DNA of 64,000 bases from Clostridia bacterium (GTDB lineage: Bacteria; Bacillota; Clostridia; Acetivibrionales; DSM-2933), in assembly GCA_026416815.1 (NCBI GenBank), contig JAOAEJ010000090.1, positions 62,486 through 126,485 of the forward strand. Reading direction: 5' to 3'. Made by a program: the position numbers and the translations under genes. Below are positions 19,726 through 30,436 of this stretch, in pieces. Position 1 is the first letter of the stretch, and each line of letters begins with the position of its first letter. The notes under the pieces are model-generated. The model worked only from the letters and a program-made list of their open reading frames with translations. It did not search any database and was not told the origin of the DNA.

Positions 19726-21111
19726 TTAGAAAAGAATATCCACTATAAAATATGACACTATAGCAATTGCTGCGGCTATTGCCGTAATAACCTTATCCTT
19801 AATCGTAAGACTTACTCGGCTTCCGCTACGCTTAATTATTCCAAAGTTTTCAACAGTTGCCGCCGCAGCCCATCCCAATACAGGATTTAAAGCTATGCCT
19901 ACTACTATACATATAGCAGCTACTATCGAGTCCTCAGCATTTTTTACTGCATTTAGCCCAACTTCCATAAGCGGGATATATACCCCAAAAATCAACACCA
20001 GCCATATTAGCGGCGGGAAAACTGCAATGTCCAGAGGCGCTCCCAGTATACCAAATAGTATTCCAACCACTCCAAGCAGTAGAGCGCTCCCGCCTATAGG
20101 TCTTCTCACCGTTGCTAAGGGGATCATAAAGCTTCTCCATACAGCCGAAGTTTGTGCCCCTCCTAAAAACGCTCCAATAAGGTTCCTTAGAGATACTGCA
20201 ATAAAAGTTGAATTCATATCAAATACAGCTTTCTCTGAGCCTTCACCATAGTTTGCTTCCTGTATGGTTCTTATAGCCAAAGCATCGGTAGGCCACATAA
20301 CTATCGCCAGCAGCGCAAAAGGCAGAGCTCTAATAAAGTTTTCCACACTTATACCCCAGCCTATGCCCCATACCTTATTCCACCAAAAATCCGGATTAAT
20401 TGTAGGAAACGAGATAGACGTACCTATAGATGGATAAATATTAAACACTGCTGGTATTATTAGGGCTGCAAGTGCACATGAAGGTATCATCAGCCACCTT
20501 ACACCAAGCCTGCTTAATATTACAAAAAGTATGAGCCCGACTATGATCAAAACTTCAAACAGCATATAAGTATTATTTTGCACAGCCCACCCCTTTAAGC
20601 TTTGCAGCGAGCTGCTTATGCCCATAAACCCGAAAAGTAATATAATACCGCCTTTTGTCCCAGGGCCGTTTATCTTTACTATTGCCTCTATGTACCCCGA
20701 TATGGATATCAAAAATCCAATTACTCCTATAAGTATACCTAGAGCCAAAGGATGCACACCTGCTGCAGCCATGACCGGAATAAGCGAGACAAGTGGAGCA
20801 AGCGTTCCCGGAGGAGCCATATAAGGATTTAATAATGCACAAAATATTATTGTTATAATACTTCCTACTATGATTTCCAACCTGACATTTTCAATAACGA
20901 ACGCAGGATTATCTATGCCCAGTGCTTTAGCCCAAGCGACAGCAAATGCCGCAGCCATAGCAACCTTACCGATAGCACCGGATAACGCAGGAATAATGTC
21001 CTCAAATCGCAGGTTATAATTTATCAAAGGAAAATTTACAGCCCATTTCTTAGGGCTATATGCTATCAAATCCTCTTGCAACGTCTCTTGTCGTAATGTA
21101 TCCTTCCTCAA
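19726..21111 (-). CDS. NCS2-family permease (AzgA/PbuG-like purine/xanthine-uracil permease), divergent
   Basis: 461-aa polytopic protein. Its C-terminal half follows the PbuG pattern (GAFLGGAQTSA...GGSALLLGVVG...APL). Confidence 0.45.
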   Translation of the reverse strand: MRKDTLRQETLQEDLIAYSPKKWAVNFPLINYNLRFEDIIPALSGAIGKVAMAAAFAVAWAKALGIDNPAFVIENVRLEIIVGSIITIIFCALLNPYMAPPGTLAPLVSLIPVMAAAGVHPLALGILIGVIGFLISISGYIEAIVKINGPGTKGGIILLFGFMGISSSLQSLKGWAVQNNTYMLFEVLIIVGLILFVILSRLGVRWLMIPSCALAALIIPAVFNIYPSIGTSISFPTINPDFWWNKVWGIGWGISVENFIRALPFALLAIVMWPTDALAIRTIQEANYGEGSEKAVFDMNSTFIAVSLRNLIGAFLGGAQTSAVWRSFMIPLATVRRPIGGSALLLGVVGILFGILGAPLDIAVFPPLIWLVLIFGVYIPLMEVGLNAVKNAEDSIVAAICIVVGIALNPVLGWAAAATVENFGIIKRSGSRVSLTIKDKVITAIAAAIAIVSYFIVDILF

Positions 21112-21221
21112 TCAAGCACATCCCTAATTATATTATGATATGATAAAGATTTTACACCTTGAGGAAAGTAATTACCTTACTCTGTGTAAAATCCTTATCG
21201 CTTTTGTATAGATTAAAATTA

Positions 21222-23102
21222 TTACAGCTTCATCGGAATAAGATTAATATAATCATCCAAAGTACCATCGTTCAGGCAGCATTCAATAATTTGTCTGCCT
21301 AGCGGGTTGAGTTCAGGGGACATAAATTGTGCAAGCTCTTCCTTAAAGAAGTTGGTTAGAATCTTCGCACCTTCATCATACGCCTCATTTCCAACCTCAG
21401 GCTGGTGATTGGTCTGCAAGTAACCCTTAGGTAAGAATGTACCGTCCACCTTTAATGTTTCAAGCGCATAACCTAAAAGTGTACATCTTGATTCCGTTAC
21501 CTGCTCCGGCCTAAACCTTGCACTGCCACGTCTAGCAAGATATTCTCTTGCAATCCACTCCGACATAAACCCTACCTTATGAGCACCCACGTGCTGGTTA
21601 GGTATCAGTATATACCTTGTACTCGGAGTATTAATAATCTGTTCAAGCAGAAGGTTCGCCTGATCTACCATCCTACCTGTAGCAAAAGGCCAGTAGGATC
21701 CTACACCTTCACTGCTCATACCTTCGTCACCTATAATGCTAGGGTTATCATATCCCCTTGGAGCTACCAGTCTCCACAGCCAAGCAAGTGCTGGAGGCAG
21801 AATGTGGAATACACCCATAATACCATAGCTAGGATTAGCTTTTGTACATGGAGGAGTCCTTACCCCAAAGCTTCTTACATCAACTGCTACAGGCTCGTTA
21901 ATTATATCCGGCACAAACCTTCTCGGCATTATAACCCTTGGGTTTGGGCATGGTTTACCCGGTGCATCCATAGTATGTTCCCATATGAGGCATGTAGATC
22001 CGGGAACACCCTGAAGATTCAGGAATATCAATGGCTCTTTAGGATGTACGCAAAGTGTCTCATAATGAGGATCGGTACCATATTTAGTGATATGATTAAT
22101 TCTTAAGAACCATCCCTCTTCTGCATCCTTTACCACCAGTCTAGTGTGCCCATTCTGCAGCGAAGGATGGCATATAGCCATATCGTCAGTTACCGGCAGA
22201 AGCTCACAGGTTTCCTTCAACTCAATATAACTCTTTTCACCTGTAACAACATTTTTTCCAAGTACAATTCTTCCGTCAAGTTCCTTATGTATCTGCTCCA
22301 GCATTTCGCTCTTACCGCCACCGCTGGCTCCCTCATGCATTATAGTTATAACATTTTCATAAGGAGTAATTACCTTTACGGTAGAAGCATGTACAGTAAT
22401 CCAGCCTTCAAGCTCGCCTATATTTAGCAGAACACCGTAAATTCCCTTCTTTGCACTTGGTCCGGGATACAAGTTGTATGAAAAGAGCTCATGCATATCC
22501 TCAAGCCTGTTGTGTACAACAATCTGCTTGCCATCAAAATGTGTGTGTCTGAAAGGTGGTGCAAGATAAATTACTGCCTTTGGTTTAAAACCTTGAGGAA
22601 TTTGGCTCTTTGGTATGAAGCCCTGCAAATCCGCGAGTCCTGCAGCAAAGAAGCCTGCATTAGACGGTGCTACAAGTAAAGCTTGATAACCAAGCTCATC
22701 TCCGCCCGCCATAAACGGCATAACAATCAGATCTTGCTCAGCGATCCAGTCAAACGTTACCTTACGAAGAGGCATAAAGTCCTCTCCATAAACATCCTTA
22801 TATCTAGGTTTATCGGTTTCCCCACTGTCGGCAACCACCATACAGTCTGGGTCCCTTCTTCTCATATATACATCGCTATAATTTACAACAGCACCATTCT
22901 TGCATTTTGCTACTGTAGCTTCAACAACTCTTCCGGTACCCGGTACCTCATATGCTACCTCATAAAGCCCGTCTTCTGCGTCCCCCATAGCGAGTGTAAG
23001 CAATTCATCTCTGCTTTCGGGAATTATAAGACCAGCCTTGGACTTGAGTAAATCTCTTAATTCATCCGGGAGTATAAACTTTTCTAATAATAAATCTTCC
23101 AC
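21222..23102 (-). CDS. HPr-kinase-like P-loop protein (DUF4914-like), 626 aa
   Basis: P-loop HEGASGGGKSE matches the HprK GxSGxGKSE signature. No other recognisable domain. Confidence 0.4.
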   Translation of the reverse strand: MEDLLLEKFILPDELRDLLKSKAGLIIPESRDELLTLAMGDAEDGLYEVAYEVPGTGRVVEATVAKCKNGAVVNYSDVYMRRRDPDCMVVADSGETDKPRYKDVYGEDFMPLRKVTFDWIAEQDLIVMPFMAGGDELGYQALLVAPSNAGFFAAGLADLQGFIPKSQIPQGFKPKAVIYLAPPFRHTHFDGKQIVVHNRLEDMHELFSYNLYPGPSAKKGIYGVLLNIGELEGWITVHASTVKVITPYENVITIMHEGASGGGKSEMLEQIHKELDGRIVLGKNVVTGEKSYIELKETCELLPVTDDMAICHPSLQNGHTRLVVKDAEEGWFLRINHITKYGTDPHYETLCVHPKEPLIFLNLQGVPGSTCLIWEHTMDAPGKPCPNPRVIMPRRFVPDIINEPVAVDVRSFGVRTPPCTKANPSYGIMGVFHILPPALAWLWRLVAPRGYDNPSIIGDEGMSSEGVGSYWPFATGRMVDQANLLLEQIINTPSTRYILIPNQHVGAHKVGFMSEWIAREYLARRGSARFRPEQVTESRCTLLGYALETLKVDGTFLPKGYLQTNHQPEVGNEAYDEGAKILTNFFKEELAQFMSPELNPLGRQIIECCLNDGTLDDYINLIPMKL

Positions 23103-23650
23103 TTAAAAAATCCCCCTCTTATAATTTCTTTTCGTTTTTATTTAATTAAATTATTGATACTATACTTTATTTGTTCTGAAACAGTATTTAATCTGAGAGT
23201 TAAATAAGAAATATGGCTAACTACAAACATCTGATTAAGCTTTTAGAGTTTATGTTTTTTCTAATTCATAGTTAAATAAATCATCTATGTTTACTGTGTT
23301 ATATACAGTTTTTGGATTTACCACGCTTAGTCTCAGGCTGCCTCTTGGTGAGAGCTGATAAAATCCTATAAGTACATATAGATTTGTTAATGTAAAAATG
23401 AAATTAACCATTAACTAAATTGCATTATTTCGATTTATACTTTTGCAACCCAACATATTTTCTTAATATTAACATGTTTTTTGCAACTAATCAAGTGTAA
23501 TATTTCATTTTCACAAACTCATCTCATTTTTTTACATAAACATAACAATCCTAATAAATATATTTCTCCAGCCAGCTCTTATATATACCAAGTAAGCATT
23601 CCATATTTGCTTTAACTGGTGTTTAACATCCAGCGGTAAATACAAATAAT

Positions 23651-23712
23651 TAAAAAGACCTTTAACATAACTATCTATGTCTATAGAGTTATGTTAAAGG
23701 TCTTACTTTTTA
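23651..23712 (-). terminator. Bidirectional Rho-independent terminator downstream of dut
   Basis: 16-bp perfect stem GACCTTTAACATAACT/AGTTATGTTAAAGGTC flanked by an A-run and a T-run. Confidence 0.7.
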
Positions 23713-23776
23713 ACTTATAAGCGTATAGCCAAATAGTAAATTATGTGCGATATATGTATACACATACATAATTAAA

Positions 23777-24274
23777 TTATCGCACCCCTGTTGAACCGAA
23801 GCCTCCACCGCGGTCTTCGCCTATGTTTCGTACTGATTCTACTACTGTAAGCTGCATTTTTGGTACTACCTGTAGCACTATTTGAGCAATCCTGTCACCC
23901 TTGCTGATCTTGTATATACCCTTTTGGTTTCCGGTGCTTCCCACCGTCAATATCTCAGCTTCATCATAATCATAAGCCTCTGAAGTATTACTCATGATTA
24001 CTCCAAGCTCGTCCCTATAGCCACTGTCTATAGTCCCCGGTGAATTGGACAGCCTTAAAGGGGTCTTTAACGAAATACCGCTTCTAGGCCTTACCTGTAT
24101 CTCGTAGCCTTCAGGTATAGCTAGCTTCAGACCTGTAGGAACCACAACAGTTTCTCCCGGCCTTATTATTACATCCTCCGCAGCGCAAATATCCATACCT
24201 GCGTCTCCGGGCTTAGCATATGCAGGTAAGGTAGCACCATCCCTGCAAATTTCTATAAATACCTCAACAGACAT
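23777..24274 (-). CDS. dut: dUTP diphosphatase
   Basis: dUTPase motifs (AGMDI, RSG, GTIDSGYRDE, RGGGFGSTG). Confidence 0.85.
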   Translation of the reverse strand: MSVEVFIEICRDGATLPAYAKPGDAGMDICAAEDVIIRPGETVVVPTGLKLAIPEGYEIQVRPRSGISLKTPLRLSNSPGTIDSGYRDELGVIMSNTSEAYDYDEAEILTVGSTGNQKGIYKISKGDRIAQIVLQVVPKMQLTVVESVRNIGEDRGGGFGSTGVR

Positions 24275-24450
24275 CTTACTCCTCCTTATTAAAAATTGTA
24301 TACACCACTTCCCTAATCTTGTACGTCAGAACTTTGCCAACTTAAAGAAATGTTGTAAAAACGCATTTTTAAGATTTATTTTGAAAATTTAAACATCATT
24401 CGACCATTTCCCAGGAAATAATACATAGTCATACAGGAAATTTGTCTAAT

Positions 24451-26955
24451 TTACACTCCCCTGAAGAAATGACCTTTTGTAAATCCCCGTGCCTTCACTT
24501 TCTCTGCCAATTCATTGTATTTACTTACTGCCCCGGTACCACTGGAGGCAATATCCCTGTGCATTACTATCAACCCTTTTATTTCTTCATAGCTTTCGTC
24601 GCTTATATTCAAGCGAACAGTCGCTATCCCGCCCTTCTTTAGTTTCCCTAAAATATCCGGCACAAATATAACATTGGAGTTTAAAATGGTACTTCTGCAA
24701 TCTATCCTGTCGCACAAAACGGGAAACTCCATACCCAGCCTGTCCTTCAGCCTGTATACTCCCTTACTGCAGGCCTCTTTGCATTTGGTCCCTGTTTTGA
24801 AGTCACCGGCAATACTGCCAACGGGGCAATACTCACTGTTCATAACAGTAATCCTGCCATAGGCAACAACCTCTGTTTCCAACGTATCAAAGCCCTCCAG
24901 GTTAGTAATTTGGCTAAGCGTAAGCTCCGGAGACAGGGTTATTCCGCTAAGCCCTAAGCTCCGTAAAGTCTCTGCCGAGAAGCTATTGAACACATTTAAA
25001 GAGTAATCTCCCACAACTTTTAATTCGGGAAATTTAGAGGTGTAATCAATAGACCCAAGGTTACCTACAAGTACCCCATCTATACCGGCCTCAACAAATT
25101 CCCCGAGCCTTGACTCAATCAACCGATCATAATTCCCCCGGGTAATTGGCGGAAGCCAGATAAAAACCTCACAGCCATTCTTCCGGCATTTTTCAACAAC
25201 TTCTTTAATATCTTTACCAACTAACTCTCCAAAGGGTAAATATAGCCTGTCCAATCCAAGACTTCCGTAATCTATTTCTTCGCTCCATGTGTAAAAGAAT
25301 GCCGAAAGATTCAACTCCTTCGTTTCCCTTCGACCATTTCCCAGGAAATACAACATCTTTTTCTCTTCGTCTGCTTTTTCTTTCGATATTTTTCTTACCC
25401 GTTGATTAGCTCTTTTGGACTCCATTCGTTCCAGAACTTCACGCCTTATATTATTTAGCTCACTGATTGGCAAAGCCAAATCTTCGTCCAGTATGATATC
25501 AATTTCTTTAAATTCAAAGGGTGTTGCTCCGGTTTTCTTTAGTTGTTCCATTATCCGCTCTTCGGTTAGCGGTCTATTCAGTGCTTTTTCAGGTACAGTG
25601 CTGCCTGTAACGGTGACTTCATTTCCGTCATTATCCCATACAGTGAAAACCACAGGTTCCAGGCTTTTTATTTCTATTTTACCTCTTAAAATGGCCCTCC
25701 TGAAAAACTTTCCCCCAAAGGTTTCCCGAGCAGCAGCATTTAGCCTTTTATCCGAGGTCTTATAAACTTTATTCCCCTTGGATATACGACCGCTTACACT
25801 CCCCACTGCCGCTATCTGTCCCGCATTTACCAAAGATTCATTTTTACCGTTCACTTTAATTTCACTTACAACATTTCCTGGGCTCTCGCCCTCTCCATTC
25901 CAGATTTCAATTCCATCCCCTATGGACAACTCGTCTTGAAGCTTGATTTGAACCATCCTTGAAGCCTTGTCATAGGAAACAACTTCGCCTAAATAAATGC
26001 CCCAGTTTTTAGGCTTTTCATAACACATCATGTCCCTCCCCTGCTTACCCTTGAGATAGCCGGCAGAGAAGCCTCCCCTGTTAAAAATCTGTGACAGTTC
26101 CTTTATGTCCTTTTTATCTGCGCAAACTTCCCCTGAAGCACCTTTATTATTTTCACCAAGCGCCATATCCAAATATTTTCTATATATCCTTACAACAGTA
26201 GCAACGTATTCCGGGCTTTTCATCCTTCCCTCAATCTTGAAGGACTTTACTCCGGCACTGACCAATTCTCTCAGCTCATTAATCGAACATAAGTCTTTTG
26301 GGCTCATAATATATCCCTTGTCGGATTTCGTTCTTTCACCCGCAAGCTCATACTGGAGTCTGCAAGGCTGTGCACACTTTCCCCGGTTTCCGCTCCTTCC
26401 TCCTATGATACTGCTCATAAGACACTGCCCTGAGTAGCTTATACACAAAGCCCCATGTATAAACACCTCAATCTCCATCGGAGTACCCTTCGCTATATGC
26501 CCTATTTCTTTTATTGAAAGTTCCCTCGCAAGCACCACCCTGCCAAATCCAAGGCGTTCCAACTGCTTTACCCCCTCAAGGTTATAGGTTGTCATCTGGG
26601 TGCTTGCATGAATGGAAATGTCTGGAAGGAACTTATGAAGCATAGAAGCCAGCCCTAAATCCTGCACGATTATACCGTCAACGCCCATCAAATAAGCTTC
26701 TTCGGCAAAATCAACAGCATGTCTCATCTCCTCATCCGACACCAGTGTATTCATCGCAAGATATATGTTTGTCCCTCTTATATGAGCATAATCAAGGGCC
26801 TCCTTTATCTGCTCGCTGTCAAAATTTCCTGCAAACTGTCTTGCGTTAAAAAGCTTCCCTCCAAGATAAACCGCATTTGCCCCATTTTCTACAGCAGCAA
26901 CAAATGCTTCCCAGTCACCGGCAGGAGCCAGAAGTTCTATTTTATCTTTAGTCAT
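24451..26955 (-). CDS. U32-family peptidase (collagenase-like), long form
   Basis: N-terminal ELLAPAGDWEAFVAAVENGANAVYLGG and the E..Y.MG..RS..G.C U32 signature. 834 aa. Confidence 0.8.
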   Translation of the reverse strand: MTKDKIELLAPAGDWEAFVAAVENGANAVYLGGKLFNARQFAGNFDSEQIKEALDYAHIRGTNIYLAMNTLVSDEEMRHAVDFAEEAYLMGVDGIIVQDLGLASMLHKFLPDISIHASTQMTTYNLEGVKQLERLGFGRVVLARELSIKEIGHIAKGTPMEIEVFIHGALCISYSGQCLMSSIIGGRSGNRGKCAQPCRLQYELAGERTKSDKGYIMSPKDLCSINELRELVSAGVKSFKIEGRMKSPEYVATVVRIYRKYLDMALGENNKGASGEVCADKKDIKELSQIFNRGGFSAGYLKGKQGRDMMCYEKPKNWGIYLGEVVSYDKASRMVQIKLQDELSIGDGIEIWNGEGESPGNVVSEIKVNGKNESLVNAGQIAAVGSVSGRISKGNKVYKTSDKRLNAAARETFGGKFFRRAILRGKIEIKSLEPVVFTVWDNDGNEVTVTGSTVPEKALNRPLTEERIMEQLKKTGATPFEFKEIDIILDEDLALPISELNNIRREVLERMESKRANQRVRKISKEKADEEKKMLYFLGNGRRETKELNLSAFFYTWSEEIDYGSLGLDRLYLPFGELVGKDIKEVVEKCRKNGCEVFIWLPPITRGNYDRLIESRLGEFVEAGIDGVLVGNLGSIDYTSKFPELKVVGDYSLNVFNSFSAETLRSLGLSGITLSPELTLSQITNLEGFDTLETEVVAYGRITVMNSEYCPVGSIAGDFKTGTKCKEACSKGVYRLKDRLGMEFPVLCDRIDCRSTILNSNVIFVPDILGKLKKGGIATVRLNISDESYEEIKGLIVMHRDIASSGTGAVSKYNELAEKVKARGFTKGHFFRGV

Positions 26956-26957
26956 TT

Positions 26958-27851
26958 TTATCTCCTTGCTTCAAAAATCTTTAGCACTGTAGGCATTATA
27001 TCAATCAATGAATCAATTTCCACAGATATATTGTCGGGCAATTTACCCATAATTATCGTAGGAACCTTGTTGTAAGTATGGGTCTTTACACTTATGTCTT
27101 CAATATTCCCATGGTCACTTGCTATAAAAATTATATCCTCATCGAAATTGACATGGCTTATCAACTCCCCTAAAAAGGCATCCAAAAGTTCTATTTCCTT
27201 TAAAGCAAGGTCGAAATCGGTGGTATGTCCTATTATATCAGTCATAAAATGCTCATATAAAGTAAAATCAAAATCCCTGCTTATGTTATAAAGCCTCCTG
27301 GCAGCCTCCTGAGGGCTTATCAATTCTACATCATCGTATCCACTGTCTTTAATTATTTGCCCTGTAATGTCGTGATATACCCCATTACCTGCTTTATAGT
27401 CTTCCACAGTCCTGAATTTAATCCCACATGACATACACATCACTGTAGTAACCGATGGCCTATAGCGTTTATCCGATGAGTCAAGTATTTTACTTAGGTA
27501 TTCATCCCTGTATACATTGGAGTTAGTTACCTTAAACCCTCTCTCAATTAGCTCCTTAAACAGGCTATTATTATTTATTATGTTCTTAAGAGTCGGTGTA
27601 GGCTGCCCGCTCACATGATTTCCCATTATCTGAGAAGCATTGGCGCCCGTAAAAATGGCTGTTTGCCCGGTTGCACTCTGTGGAAGTCCTTTGACACCAA
27701 GAGAAGCATCTGTGGGTAATACTATAGAATTTTCAAAAATATAATTTAGGCTTGGTGTATCGGCTGCATAAATGGGATTTTTCTTCTTATCATGCTCGCC
27801 AAGACCAAAACCATCAATAAATATAAATATCATTTTCATAATAATCACCAT
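26958..27851 (-). CDS. Metalloenzyme-superfamily protein (phosphopentomutase/iPGM/alkaline-phosphatase-like)
   Basis: FIDGFGLG N-terminal motif and a C-terminal DHGN motif. The true start is probably ATG 27839. Confidence 0.45.
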   Translation of the reverse strand: MVIIMKMIFIFIDGFGLGEHDKKKNPIYAADTPSLNYIFENSIVLPTDASLGVKGLPQSATGQTAIFTGANASQIMGNHVSGQPTPTLKNIINNNSLFKELIERGFKVTNSNVYRDEYLSKILDSSDKRYRPSVTTVMCMSCGIKFRTVEDYKAGNGVYHDITGQIIKDSGYDDVELISPQEAARRLYNISRDFDFTLYEHFMTDIIGHTTDFDLALKEIELLDAFLGELISHVNFDEDIIFIASDHGNIEDISVKTHTYNKVPTIIMGKLPDNISVEIDSLIDIMPTVLKIFEARR

Positions 27852-27933
27852 ATTCTAATATTATTTTATACAGCCATTTTCTACTTCTCATTATATATTA
27901 CCCTCAAAAAGCTTCACAATAATGATTGCATTA

Positions 27934-29577
27934 TCAATTCCATGAATTTCCCGATTCATAATAGGACTGGGTGTTATCGTGCTTGTATATTTGTCCTATA
28001 GCATTATTTCTGCAGTCATTTCCTATTAACCTGGCATTACTCACCTTGGTAGTCACCAGGTATATACCGTAATCCTGCGTTTTTGCCGATTGGTCGTCAT
28101 AGCATACATTGTATTCAAACAGGCTGTCGTATACTGCTACTATATCACTGGTATTGGCTATACGTATGCCCGCCGAAATCTTAGAAGCATTCTGACCGTT
28201 ATTCTTGCAGGTATTGCTTTGTACCTGCACCCTCCAGGCACCTTCTGCAACTTTTATCCCATCGTTAAAGCACCTGCTTATATTATTATTCTTGATCAGA
28301 ACATCAGTACCCGAGACAAATATACCACTTAGTTGCGCCGCTTCTATAGTGTTTCCGATTACCCTTATGCCAACATTGTCTGTAGGAGACGGGGTAGTAC
28401 CGTTGTTATCATTCACCTCTATGCCCGAAATAACCGACCCCAGAATTGTATTGTTTTCTATTGTCACATCGTAAGAGTCATAAGCTGATATCTCTCCCGC
28501 ATTTCTCACCATATTTTCAGTAATGGTAATACGCCTTGAACCAAGGCCCACACCTACTGCAGCCGGAGCATAGCCTTGAGTCTTGGTAGTTGTCTCAATT
28601 ACATTTTTATTTATAATTATACTTTCACAACCATGCACATGTATACCATACTTACCCATATTTTTTATTATATTATTGGATATATCGGCATTAATCGCTT
28701 TACCACCGTAACTATCGAATTTTATACACTCATTTTCTATTGAATCAAATGTATTGGTATATATTTTTATTCCGTTTGCTGCACTAAATACAGCTATACC
28801 GTAGTGTGCAGTTCCTGTAAACGCATTAAAGAGGCAACTCGTTATAGTAGCTTGAGTTGCAAAGTTAACTACAACACCGGCATAGGCACTAGTACCGCTC
28901 CTGAGATTTTTAAACTCGCAGTTTTCAACTGAAACATTTGTAGTTCCGCTTTTTGCTATCTTAATGCCGAAATGGGCTCTATTAGAAAAATCAAAGGTTA
29001 TATTTGATATCTTTACATTACTGACAGCAGCAGCATCTTTTAGAAATGCCTCTGCTCTGCTTGTAGAGGTAGACATAAAAATAGTTTTTCCTATACCCTC
29101 ACCGGATATTTGTACATTGCTCCTGTAATAGAGTGGATTATTGTTTCCTCCTATCATATATGTGCCCGCAGGTATAACAACCGTTCCTCCGGCCGCCGCA
29201 GCCCTATCGATTAACTGCTGTAAAGCCACAGTATCATCATGCCTGATAATGGTATTAGTGGTTGTAGTTCTTGCACGTTTTTTAAGGGTAATATCATTGC
29301 CCTTAATTGCAGTAATTACTGTAACTAGACTTGCACCTGAAGGGCCTGCATTGGCTACATTTATGCCCTGATTAATCCTAAAATCTCCGATATCGCTAAC
29401 CGTTAGTACATTGTCTCCCTTTGTTATGGAACCGATTGTTACCATGCTACTTGCCGATACTCGAACTTCCTCAGTCCTACCTTTTTTCGGACTTGCCTGA
29501 ATAGTTGAGTTTAGTTTGGCAATTGTTTTTAACTTATTCCAAAAACCGCTGATAAAAGACTTAATGAAACTCAACAT
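27934..29577 (-). CDS. Right-handed parallel beta-helix repeat protein (pectate-lyase/tailspike-like)
   Basis: Repeated N-rich ~22-aa PbH1-like repeats. No signal peptide at the annotated N-terminus. Confidence 0.55.
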   Translation of the reverse strand: MLSFIKSFISGFWNKLKTIAKLNSTIQASPKKGRTEEVRVSASSMVTIGSITKGDNVLTVSDIGDFRINQGINVANAGPSGASLVTVITAIKGNDITLKKRARTTTTNTIIRHDDTVALQQLIDRAAAAGGTVVIPAGTYMIGGNNNPLYYRSNVQISGEGIGKTIFMSTSTSRAEAFLKDAAAVSNVKISNITFDFSNRAHFGIKIAKSGTTNVSVENCEFKNLRSGTSAYAGVVVNFATQATITSCLFNAFTGTAHYGIAVFSAANGIKIYTNTFDSIENECIKFDSYGGKAINADISNNIIKNMGKYGIHVHGCESIIINKNVIETTTKTQGYAPAAVGVGLGSRRITITENMVRNAGEISAYDSYDVTIENNTILGSVISGIEVNDNNGTTPSPTDNVGIRVIGNTIEAAQLSGIFVSGTDVLIKNNNISRCFNDGIKVAEGAWRVQVQSNTCKNNGQNASKISAGIRIANTSDIVAVYDSLFEYNVCYDDQSAKTQDYGIYLVTTKVSNARLIGNDCRNNAIGQIYKHDNTQSYYESGNSWN

Positions 29578-29620
29578 TTAAATCACCCACCTCTAAAGAC
29601 AACGAAGTCCAAACCAGGGA

Positions 29621-29690
29621 TTCCCAGCTAGGAAAATCGCATTTACCACAGCACATTGTCTAACTGAAAATCACTTAGTTTACATCAAAC
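29621..29690 (+). repeat. Family 2 element, degenerate copy F2 (core only)
   Basis: TCCCAGCTAGGAAAATCGCATTTACCACAGCACATTGTCTAACTGAAAATCACTTAGTTTAC aligns with the F1 and F3 cores but has mismatches in the inner stem and lacks a long outer inverted repeat. Confidence 0.55.
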
Positions 29691-29823
29691 TACCTTTAAT
29701 ACTATTGTATTTTCTGTGCCCTAATGGTGTTACACTTTCGGTGGGTTAGCAAAGGTGACTTTGCCATTTTGTTTGCATATGTTCGTCTGTGAGAGCAAGG
29801 AATCCTGAAACGCATATAAGTTC

Positions 29824-29846
29824 AAAAAAATGAGCCTTTCGGCTCA
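29824..29846 (-). terminator. Rho-independent terminator after the 29862..30230 gene
   Basis: On the minus strand, UGAGCC-GAAA-GGCUCA is followed by U7. Confidence 0.65.
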
Positions 29847-29861
29847 CTGTTGTAAATCAGT

Positions 29862-30230
29862 TTATATCTTTAGTGTTAGCTTTAATACCGTTTTATCGTC
29901 TTTTTCTATTATATAGGCATTCACTCCGGTGTCCTTGGCTATTTTATCCCTATCACTTACCTTATATCCACCATCTGCTTCCGTTCCTATAGATATCATA
30001 CCGTTTTCATCCCTCTGAGCGGTAGGATTTTCCCAGTCAAATTCTTCAAATGTGTTGCCGCAGCATGACGGCAGCTTGACGTATACTTCACAGCTCCTAG
30101 CGCTACTTAATTCATTAATCAACTCTTCCAATCCCATCCCCATGAATTCACGCTCCCTTTGCCTTGCATTTTGGTAGTCTAAATCTTTACGACAAAAATT
30201 CGGCTTATATATCGTCCATCTCCCTATCAA
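29862..30230 (-). CDS. Hypothetical protein (122 aa)
   Basis: ORF only. Overlaps the upstream small ORF by 26 nt in a different frame. Confidence 0.3.
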   Translation of the reverse strand: MIGRWTIYKPNFCRKDLDYQNARQREREFMGMGLEELINELSSARSCEVYVKLPSCCGNTFEEFDWENPTAQRDENGMISIGTEADGGYKVSDRDKIAKDTGVNAYIIEKDDKTVLKLTLKI

Positions 30231-30426
30231 TCTGGGGCCTGCCTACCATCTCGTCATAATACCGCCCGATTATAGAGTATTGTTCCTGATACCTCTTATT
30301 GCTTTCGTCGCTCAAGAAATTTGTTATATCTCCTACACTGCTAAACTCATACGGGTAATCGGTAGCTTCCATCATCTCATTTATTTCCTTAAATATCTTC
30401 TTTTCATCCATAATACTACCTCCCAA
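30205..30426 (-). CDS. Hypothetical acidic small protein (73 aa)
   Basis: GGGAGG RBS 7 nt upstream of ATG 30426. A perfect palindromic operator lies immediately upstream. Confidence 0.35.
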   Translation of the reverse strand: MGGSIMDEKKIFKEINEMMEATDYPYEFSSVGDITNFLSDESNKRYQEQYSIIGRYYDEMVGRPQIDREMDDI

Positions 30427-30436
30427 AGATAGTTTA

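Noticed and set aside
23103-23650. Possible ncRNA in the ~550-bp AT-rich spacer between the DUF4914-like gene and the dut terminator
   Set aside because: Only weak short hairpins, no conserved-looking GC structure and no match to the repeat families. Most likely promoter/UP-element DNA.
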